Part shown: piece by piece, positions 10,057 through 20,892 of the stretch
Layout: the number at the start of each line of letters is the position of its first letter
Position numbering within the stretch: the first letter of the stretch is position 1
Source of the DNA: a virus
Virus record (IMG/VR): IMGVR_UViG_3300040786_000066
DNA length: 32,363 nt
Strand: one strand, 5' to 3'
Notes under the pieces: model-generated
The model's database searches: none
What the model saw: the letters and a program-made list of their open reading frames with translations, nothing else
Told to the model about the DNA's origin: nothing
Program-made: the position numbers and the translations under genes

Positions 10057-13000
10057 TTATTTACAAGAAGGATTAATAAACGCTGCACCATCATTTTGAA
10101 TAGTACTTAAATATATATTATAGTCTTTAGAAGACACGTAGATAAACTTATTCGGGCCTAAGTTAACATCTTTAATCGAGATTGGACGTATCTTTTGAAT
10201 GAATCGTCGTAACCACTGGCAACAGTTTTACAAACATTTCAAATCCGTCTTCACTCTCAGTAGTTCTTAGAACAATAACCTCAGCTTCTTTTCCTGCAAT
10301 ACCTAATGTCATCTTTTATGTGGTGCTTGAATAAGTTTATCTTCTAAAGCTTTCATTTTCAAATCATCACTCAACCATACTTTAGATACCCTGTTTTAGT
10401 AGCTTGCTCTGTCTTAGTATTAATCTGAACTAGTGTTCCATTATCCATTACAAGGCCTCCGTTATTCTTTAAACGACTGATAGTCACTTTAGTTATGTTA
10501 GAAGTCTTGCTTGTTTGTGATTTAATCACATAAGACCCGTTAATCATAGTTTGAACTCCATCTTTCATAGGTGTCTTTAAAGGCTTTAAGTAGTGGTTCA
10601 ATATATCGATACCCCTACAATTTCCTTTGATGCTACTTTATTAAAGTTCACATTCTTCAAAATACCAAAAAACGAAGCCTCTGCTCCAACATCCATGTTG
10701 CTAATTATCTGAGAAACCTGGTACATCATTTCCGAAGTAACCATAGGATCTGAAACACCAGTGCTTTTATTAATATCTGTAACAATAGCAGGAATCAAAG
10801 TTCTTGTGGAACCTTTGTTGGATTTAACTACCAAGTCACTATTGAGGTATGTTACATAAGAAGGTGTTTTAGCAACCGAAGAAGCTTCCTTAATATTAAG
10901 AACATCAAAAGCACCTCCAGCAGTGGCAAGTACCCTACTTTCTCTGGAAATTATATAGTCACTTTGAACATCAGCATCTGTAAATAAATTAGCTATACCA
11001 ATATTTATTGCAACGTTCTTAGATACCATAGTAGTAGGAACTGTACCTATAATACTCAAATTAGTTTCCTTTTTCTTATCCGCGTCCTTTAAATTACTAC
11101 TTTTATAGGAGCAATAATATTACCGTTCAAGTATAAATCAGGATTATCGGCCATTAGATGTACACCAGCAACTTCAAAAGACCCTGTCTCACTAGCTATT
11201 AAATAAGTCTCTACTTTAGAGTACCCAGTGTTCCAACATAAGCTAGAATACGAATAGGTTTTCCATCTTTTGAGCGGAATACCCTATTTGCACTCCTTGT
11301 AAAGCAAGCTCTTTAAGAACATTTTTGCCGATTTTAGAAAAATCAACGCTCGAAGGCATCGTAGTGTTAGGCAAAGCTTCACTATTTTCAGATGGAAATA
11401 ATCTGTAAGCAGGCTCTTCTTTTGTATGTGCATAAAACACAGCTCCTCTTAACTGCCATTGTGGTACAATATATGCTTCGCCCTCAGTATACATGGTGCC
11501 TTTATGTACTTTAGTTATAGATGCATCAGGACCATACCCTAGACCTCCTTCATTACCGTCTGCAAAATAACCAGGAAGCTCTTCGTTAGGGTCTCCTTGA
11601 TTTGGATCTTCTAAAGCAACAGGTTCTATGCCACTGGCTCTTTCAGCTGATTGTATGTTTTCAAGAGCTTCTGCTATAACATCATCTTCATACTTAACTT
11701 CCCTTTAACCATACCTAGTATAAAAGAATAGTGGGTCTTACGGCTTTATAATCAGCTGCAGTCAATTTAGAAACATGCGCTGCAAGTGCTAAGTTTATCT
11801 CTTCAAAGCCTCTATCATAGTACTTTTTTTGATCTCTCCTGCACTTACAATTAATGCATAATAGCTCAAGTTATTGTAAACTTCTTTTGTAACGCGTTTA
11901 ATTCAGGGTTATTAGTTTTAATTTTAAGCTCGCTAATACCTTCATGTATCAAAGAGGTCTCTAAAGAATCAACGTTTGCATTTTAAGCTTAGGGAAAAAT
12001 ACACTGCGTTTGTAGAATCGTAAGTCTTATTTCTTCCAAGATTTGATAACGCAGCATTCTCAGATCCTTGCATACGGTGCAACTCTTCTTTGCATACTCA
12101 ATATAAGTTTCAAAATTCTTTACAAAAGCTCCTCTGTTTGCAGGCTGGTTAAGAGACATATTTTCTTTTTATAGTCCCGTCTTCTTGCACAGTCATTACA
12201 ACACCAGTAGCATATGTACGTTTTTCAACGCCTTTTGAGTCAACGCTAACAGTGTTTCTATTAAAATAGCTCTCAACTTGAATCTTAGAGATATAACCAC
12301 CTATGTTTTTTAAGCGTTCATATTCATATCCTTTCCAGCAATAGCACTAGTTTCTTTTACTGAAAGGAATAAGGAAGGCATTTTATAGCGCTCACTCTCA
12401 TAAAGACTCTTGAATAAGTATCTTGACTGAGGGTGTAAAACACCATAAGGTTAGGGTTAAATACTTTTGAGCATCATTTTGGCTCTTATATTGTCAATTT
12501 TATCGTTTATAATTGCGTCATAAAGGACATCAGCATCTAAGTCCTTAAGTATTTTATCTAGTTTGTATTGCTCTATTTGAGCATTCTCATTTAAGTTTCT
12601 AACAGACCTAAATTTAGCAATCTCTTCACCTACTTTGATAAGGTGTATAAGACTCTTTATCGATTCAGGAGCAGTGTTTATTCCTGCTTGCTTAAGAGAA
12701 TTCTCACTGATAGATACATTTTCCAAATCACCGACTTTAATTTCAAACTTTCTAAGTACTTCACTAATGTTTTCATCATACAAGAAGTCAATAGTAGCCT
12801 TAGTGTCATAACCAAGAAGCATCATTGCCGTCATAATAGGGTTAGTAAGTTGATTAGATCTAATCTTACCTAATATAAGCTCCTTAGCATTATCTGTTGC
12901 AGCAGAAAGAAACTGTGATTGTGCGTCGTTACTCAACTGTTTTCCTATTACCTCCACAAAAGCTTTACCCACCAAGGCTTTATTTTCAGGCAAATTCAAG

Positions 13001-16000
13001 AACTTTGTAAAATCATTCAAAAGTTTTTGCTTTGAAGAGCACCGGCTTTTATGTCAATATCGTACAAGGATTTTGCAAGGCTTCTTATCATGTCTCCAGC
13101 TTCTTCAGACCCCAGCCCGTATTGAGCTACGTCTAGATTAGCCTTAAGTTCAGCAGAAAGTATGTTGACCAAAGTCTTTACAGAATCAGTAGTTTTTCCT
13201 TCTGTGAGAACCAGCTTAGCTATAGTTTTCTGAAGCTCAGTTGACTCAGCAATATTATTAGATATGGTAAAACGATCCAAATCAGCAAATCCAGATCTGC
13301 TTTTACTCTGTAGTACCCTGACTCAAAATCAACGTACGCTATATTACTCTCAAAAGAAAGGGTTTTCAAAGCTCTTTCTATCTGACCCGCTGTAGTTTGT
13401 ATCATAGTTAATCTTAGCGGCCTGTAGAGCAGAATTTATCTTAAGAACTGTAGCAAATATACCAATAGCCTCTTTACCCTGGGCAGCTAAATTCTCATAT
13501 TCAAATATTACTTTAAAGTCTTCACCACTTTTAGTTTTAACAGCTCTATTGCTTATGATACTAGCCAACACGTCTACATAGCTAAGCATTCCAGCGCTTT
13601 CAGAAACATCTAATAAAACACTACCGTCAAGATATCCAACATCTATTTGTCCCTTTATCCACTTTCTCTGTTCTGTTGCTATCTTTCCAAGATTTTGACT
13701 TCTACCGTTTATATCTAAAACATAGAAGTTTCACCTGAAGACATCAACCAACTTTTGTACATATCAGTAGCCATTGCCATATTTGCAGCAAGCTTATCGC
13801 CGTTAGCAGAATCTTTAGATTCTTCTGCAGTCATCAAAAATTCGCCTACATGTATCAAACCAGCAACGCCTGTGGCTGTAAAAGGATTACCAAAGTGCTC
13901 AAAGTCTTTTTTTTTTTTAGGCGCTCTTCTAACATTAACACCTTCATCTGAGAAAATGTCCATTGCTTTTAGCTGATTCCAACTTTTACTCTTATCAACA
14001 GTAGCAGCAGATTTTGAAAAACGAACACCTTCCTCATACTTTTCAATACGTTTTATAATAGAATCAAACATGCCCATAGAGATAGGCGTATTCAACTCTA
14101 CGGCAGTGTCAACATTATCCAAGGCTCTAAACACACCATCAGCTATTGCATTTGAAAGCAAGTTCTCGTAGTTGGCATGAATCTTTTTTGTGCTTTGTCG
14201 TATAAGAGAATCTATTTTTCAGGTTGAATAATTGTCTTTTAGCTCTCTCTAGTTTTATAACGGCAGATCTAATCAGCACAGCAGCCTCAGCAGGCCTTCC
14301 TTCTATAGGATACTGCTCGTTTAAAGAGTCCACTTTTTCTGTCTGGTATTAACAAGATCCATACTTTGTTGATTTGAATCTGCTATCAACTTTTTTATTC
14401 TTATTTCTGAATCTAGGATATCTTTATTATAAGCCAATTTCATATTAGCTACGTTAAAACCAGTATCGTCTGTGATAAATCTAGAGAAATCAAATGTCCT
14501 ACCATTAGCATCAATAGTCTTAGTAAGTACACTCAAAGTATCGATGTCCATATCCCTCCAGTATTCACAAGGTGCTCTGTAGGTGCGAATGTAGCATTTC
14601 CTTGAGCATCAAGAAGTTCAACAACATTACCCATAAAACCAGACTGCTTACTCTGTCCCGGTATACGAGTCAACGCTACTTCCAAACTAGATATAAAGTC
14701 TTTAGCCATCCCTAGCACATGCTTTTTTCTAGCCGCTTCTATGATTTCATTTATAGCTTTTATGCCTTTAGGGCTTATAGTGGTACCTTTTCAAAGTCAT
14801 TCAAATAAGTAAGCACTTGCTGATCAAAGTATTGTTTTCCATCACCAGCCTTCTGCTATAAATTCTTTTCACCCTAGTAGTATAGTGAACCGTACCACCG
14901 TTAAGAGTTATAAATCTAGCACCTACTTTTGGTTTATTGTCAAAGTACGTCTCTGCATTTTTTCATCTAATCCGTCAGTTCCTATTATATCCGCTAAAGA
15001 AACTCCTTTATCCAGACCAAATGCACTAGCCATGTATGTAGGAAGAACAACTTCGGGACGAGTAACAGAGTAAACATTGTTGCCCTCTGCGTCTTTCTCC
15101 TGAGTTTCCAGTATAAGTAGCGCTCTTTTAGCATCCATTTCTTTCTCTGTGGTGTCCTTATTTAAAGGGCTTTGTAAAAGCTCTGTACGCATCAGAACTT
15201 TCAATTTTATAGTCTTGTTGTTTTAGTGTACTCGTACCATCTTAAACTATGTCTTTCAGTTATATCTTCTTTGAGAAGACCCGCCGCTATTTTTTAAATT
15301 AATATCCTCCCTAGAAAAATTATCGTCGTAGTACCACTTAAAACACCTGAGTTTTCCTCTGGCATCTGTAACTTTAACCAGCGCATTTTCATCCAGGCTA
15401 TCATACTTAGCAGCATCCAAATCGTCACTGTAAAGCACGTCCGAGTCAATACACCTAATACCATAATGCTAGGTTATTAATCATTTCATCTGTCACAGCA
15501 CCGTATCGCATAATAGTCTCAGTTCTTTTACCTTTAACTGTGTCGTCTGTTACAAGCACATCATCAAAGGAAGAATCTGCTCATTTATCTCATCAATATT
15601 TGCACGAGAAATAATTACTCTATGTGGCTCATTTGCCTCAGTACGACCTGCATCAAGTATACCTTTTATAAAAGCAGATCTACCTACTCTTTTACCATTA
15701 GGCATTGTAAATATATTGATCGTCTTGTGCGTAGCTGATACAGTTCCAATAAATCCGGACATCTTCATCTTTACAGTGTCCTGAAAGAATGCCGATCTAA
15801 GTGTACCCATTACCTTAGCACGTACAGCAGGTGAGTCCATTGAATAAACGCTACCTTCAATTGTAACAGTTCCTGTAGCTTGGTCAGTAGCCAGCTTTTC
15901 TCCTTTTATAATCTTGTGTATAAGTAAAGAATCTGTCTTTTGAAAAGCAAGGTTTGCCATCTCGTATACACCGGCTCTAAGCACAGTATCATAAGCAGCT

Positions 16001-19000
16001 TTTCAGGACCAGTAAGGCCTGTAGTAGAAACGTTACCCTCTATAAATCGAGCTATAATTTTATCAAATCTTGTTCTATTAGTTTCTTCTGGCAAAGCTTG
16101 AAACTTAATAGCTACATTTGAAAGATCACGCCCTATACGTAAAGAGTTAATAGTCATTCTACCTCCCATAGCATTCTGAAGATTCTTTGAAGTCAGGTTA
16201 CTAAGACCACCAAAAGAAACCGCATTTACAAGTTGAGATAGTAAAGTAAGAGATGAAGCTTCGTGCAACTCTCCTGAAATATCGTAAGAGTGCGCTTTTG
16301 TAAGTACTTCATAACTGTACTCATTAGCCATATAGTCAATGTTTGGTTTGTTTTTGTTCACTTTTTTGCTGAAAACATCGTCGTATTTATTGAGTTTCTT
16401 ATGACCTGTTTTCTGATTAGAAGGAACAGTTATAAGGCCAACAAAGCTGTACAAGTTTACAGGATTTTGTCTCAGTATCTCCATTACTTTGCCCCAAACA
16501 ACGTCATCACTTACCTCATGACCAACGCTTTTGTTAAGATTTCTCATCACAGCCTGGTGCAGCTCTTCCATGTTGTTGGCTACAAATACTTCATCTTCAG
16601 CATCTCTGTTATTTACTACTCTTTCAAGGCGCATTACAGGCTGCTTAAATTTTATAGAAGTATTCATCTTCTTAAAGGTATTGTACAATTCTACACTACC
16701 TAATTTCCTCATCTGCTCTGTAGTAAAGGCATCTGTACAGATTTCTTTTGAAGAATCTGTCTCATCTTGCCATACTCAAATGTAGTAGTAAGTAACTTAA
16801 GGGCCTCTTGATTCTCTGTGTTAAAGCTCCCAAAATACCTCCTCTAGATTCCGCCATAATAAGGCTCATAAGAGGATGCATAAACTGGATAGCATCAGAG
16901 TTCTCCTGAGTATTCCCCATAGAGTTTAGTAAATTCACATAAGTAGTAGGATCGCTAATAGTAAAACTAGGTATCAAATCCGGTAACACTATCATGTTAT
17001 TATCCTTTATCTCTGCTATAGCGTCCATGTAGTTTTCCATAGTAAATGCATGCTCTCTAGCCATAACATCCACAACACCGGAAGTATTAATCTGTCCTTG
17101 TCCTACATTTGCAAGTTCTTGTGTTTGCTGTTCTACCTCTGAAGACAGTGACAAAGCGAGACTGGATCTAAGTAGTTTTGTAAGGCCATTTGTTAGCCCT
17201 GCGTCCAATCCAAGAGCTTTTAAAGCTGGCTCAGTATCTTCAGATGTACTTGCAAATACATGAGTAGTACCAACATTGAATTTTACAAAAGTAGCAGTAC
17301 CAAATTTACTTATCAAATTTCCATCATCAAATCTTGATATAACACCAAGTCCCTCAAGTTCAGCTAAAGTCCTTCCTTCTAACTCCTCAAATTCATAGCT
17401 GTTTCCAGCCATAATTCTTTTCGGAAGCGTCCATAGAGATTTCATTGTCCCCATATATATCAAGGTAGCTAAGAAGATTATCAGTTCCAAAGTCTTTTTT
17501 CAAACCTGCGATGGTAATTTTTTGGCTGTATGCATTACCTCTTGTAAGTTCCGATTGAGCTCTTTTAAATTGACCAACAAGCATGCTTTCAACTTCCTCT
17601 AAACCAGTAGTAACTCCACTATCAATTTTGAATAGTAACTTCCTATAGACTCTCCTTTGGGATATTTAGCCGAAAAGTATGACTCGTCGCCCATTGTCAA
17701 TGTCTTTAAAGCATGCCCATAAATACCATGTATCAAATAAAACCTGTCGTGAAATTCATCAACATTAGTAACTATCCCTTTATGACCCTTAAGCGCAGCC
17801 TGTATTTTAGTAGCGTTCACTTTTTTATCAGCCATGCTAATTCTATTTCTCAAAGGCGCTTTGTACCTCAGCATCAGCTTTGACAGGATTACGATACAGC
17901 TCTGCCCTTACACCTAAATGAGGCTTAAGTAAAACTACATCTGGGTTACCGTCAAAGAAACAAAATCAGCTCCTCTATCCATGTCTGAATCTGAGTAACT
18001 CACTGTGTCAGGGTGTATTTTAATTTCAGCAAGCAATGCATTAATAGGCCTTGTCATATCTCCTTGAAGCTCTGAGTAGTCTTTAAGAAGTTCTTCTCTA
18101 AGCGCAGAAAGAGCACTAGTACGCACTTCACGATCAAGCGATTTGTTAGCTGTCAAATAAAGCGAATTGTAGTTACTTAAAATAAAGCTTTTAAGGTGTG
18201 ATATAGTAATCCTTTGAAGATCTTCATTCTTCTGAGCTTGGTAAGCTATGTATCCAGCAACAAGTTGGTCCTTAATATCTTCACTTGCGCCCAACATATT
18301 CAAAGTAGTATTTACTTTATGCATCTGAATATTGGACTTATCAGAGTAATTTACCGGTTGTATATAGAATTCAGTTCCAACATTTTTAGGCGCCTTAAGA
18401 AATCCATGGATCATGGCATGCTCTATCCTTACACGCTCATCCCATGAAGAAAGTTTTATAGCCTTACCAAGATTAACCATTGGAGTTTTAATACAGTCCC
18501 GTCATATTTAGCAGGAGGTATCAACTGATTATGACTTTCAAGAAAAGGATTAAAATAAAATCTTCCAGGGTGTACTTTTGTATTAAAGTGGTTGTACCTT
18601 GAAATTTGCTGCGACATAGAAGAGTCTCTATTAGGGGTAGATGTAGCCCCAGTTTTAACCCCTCAACAGTTATCGATTTATGACTATCTACATTAAACAT
18701 AGAACCAAGAACAGTTAAAGCATCCCTGATATCATTGTAGTAGCCGACATTCTTATGTAGTCTGAATGCTCAAATGCATTTGTTATTTCATTTTCAGTGG
18801 CTTTTAAAGGAGCTACTTTTTTGTTAACAGCTGCTACATAAAGTAACTTTGAAAAGTATTCAAAACCTCGTACTGCGCTTTTCCAAAGACATAGAGGATT
18901 GAAATCTTTTGTTCATATTGCTAAAAGAGAAGATAGTCCCAAAGCCATAGCGACATTTTCCGCTTTAGCTATTGTATCCATTTTAAAAATACTTATCGGA

Positions 19001-20872
19001 ACACCTCCATTCGAGCTTATTTTAACAGTAACATCGCCTCCTGCAAGTACCTCAAGAGCACTAGCTATAGTTTCTTTAGTGTACCCTCCAGTCATCATAA
19101 CAGCTGCGATCTCAGTGTTAACAGTAGCAGTAGTAGAGGAAGAATCTATTCCTCTAGTTACAGTAGTAACACCGTCATCTACTTTCATATACCTAACATT
19201 ATCTTTATTGATAAGAGCGTTATGAAGAGCTTTTACTATAGAGTGGTTTATGGTAGTATGAACAACTCCGTTTTTCTTGCTGCTCTATAAATAGAATAAA
19301 CAGAAGTCCCGTCAGCCATTAAAGTAGCGTCCTTACTAAAACATGTAGCATAAGAGTCTCAGCAATTCTACCGGCTTCTGAATCCTGGTTAGAAAGTTCT
19401 TTAAGCGATTTAATAAACGTATTAAGATTTTACCGGCGTTAGTAAGATGAGGAGCAACAGTAAGAAAATCTATTACAGACATCCTGTCCCCAAATTCTAG
19501 CTTATTGTCTGAGTTCTTTTAACAAGCCTAAGCATTGGAAAAGATTGTGTATAAAGCTACTGTCTGAATCAAGAGCGCCAACAAAGGGTCAAAAGAATCA
19601 GCGTTTCTTTTACTAGAAGAATTATAAGAGTAGTAAGATACAGGAGTTATATCTGTAATAATACCATCCTGATTCTTGTAGTAATATTTTTCATCTACTG
19701 AAGTAAAATAAAATGAGTTGTTCTCTAAAGTAGCTTCTTCTTTTAACTCGGCGTCAGCTCTAAATGCTAAAGTGTCAATGTCTACTATGTTAATAACATT
19801 AGAATTGCGTTTCCTTTAGCATCCAAATCCTTAAGAGAATATTTATTTTTCTCGCCTTTTAAATAGTAAAGGAAGCCCTTTTATATTGAAAGGTTTAGGG
19901 TTAAGCACTTCATTGTCTTCTCCTATAAAACCACTAACCATTTGATTCTCTGACTTCATATCCTTGTGAGATACGTTAACAGCTTTAATAAGGTTGTTAA
20001 GTATAAAATCAAAATCAGTAGCCAATACCTCGTTGAAATATTTATTTTAATAGCTTCATTACCGTTTAAAACAGCAGCATCTAGAGTAGTATCCTCTTCG
20101 CTGTACTTTACAGTAGAAGCTGCAACTTCACTTTCTATAGCTTTTCTAACAGCATTCAAACCAGAATTGATATCCTCCATAAAGCCTCGCTCACTGGAAG
20201 TATTATCAATTAGCTTAGCATAAAAAATCTTTCTTGTGAATTCCATAAACTCAGATCCTACACCACTCATTCCAGGAAAGTAAGTAGACAGAAAAGGAGA
20301 CCAAAATCAGAAGCATTTTCTTTTAAGTTTTAGACTTAAGCATTCTAGCGCTCTTTCTTTTAAGCATCTCCGTGCTCGTATTATCGGTAGTAAGTGTCTC
20401 TACTATAACAAGATCCGGATCAACTAAGATACCGGTCTCGTTAACAGTTTGTACTATGGATGTGAAGTTATCTATCTTTTGAGCTACTTCAGTATTCGTA
20501 TTGTTAGTTGCACTTAAATTTGTAAGTGAAGTATAGATGTCATCGAAGTTAGAGTATCCCTCCATAGAAGAAAGAACAGCCATACGTGAAGCAATAATTT
20601 CAGGATCTTTCTCACTGTTTTTTTGCAACGAAAGCCTCTATGTCAGCAGTATTTTTGAGATTAACCATTTTTCTTGCTGTTGGTAAACTCATCAACATAG
20701 CTCCTTGAATTACATGGGCCATTGTTAAAGGATCAAAACCAGTTCCTTTTAATGTTGACTCTAACTTGCGTACTAATACTTCCGCGTTTAGAGTGCCAGA
20801 AAGAGTTTCCTCTTGTATCCCTTTAGTAAAGATTACACCTGCTATTTTTGCACTTACTGAACAATCGCTCAT
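10057..20872 (-). CDS. Giant crAss-like virion DNA-dependent RNA polymerase (two-barrel, beta- and beta'-like regions in one chain, ~3600 aa)
   Basis: Starts MSDCSVSAK and ends GAAFINPSCK*. Motifs in order: ENSDAIQFMHP (16873-16908), TRIPGQSKQS (~14641-14670), APTEHLVNTGGDMDIDTL (DxDxD 14540-14554, needing one base added in the G run), GKEAIGIFA (~13452-13480) and SAATDNAKELIL (~12870-12909). These are typical of crAss-like/phi14:2 gp66-type RNAPs. Confidence 0.88.
13545..13950 (-). other. DUF4326-like domain inserted in the RNAP
   Basis: VNVRR...HFGNPF...MYKSWL...WIKGQI..GYLDG...SYVDVLASIISN parallels the DUF4326 pattern GNPF...Y..WL...L.G..L...CHGDVL. Confidence 0.6.
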
Positions 20873-20892
20873 TTTATATATATTTTGTAAAG

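Noticed and set aside
13907-13918. T12 run (and T10 at 9281-9290) as a terminator or phase-variation tract
   Set aside because: There is no adjacent hairpin, the run encodes poly-Lys on the coding strand, and run length is unreliable in this error-prone sequence.
10057-20872. Group I introns or inteins in the RNAP gene
   Set aside because: I saw no non-coding gap, LAGLIDADG/HNH motif or intein C...HN termini. Coding fragments tile the span, though a small element could be hidden by errors.
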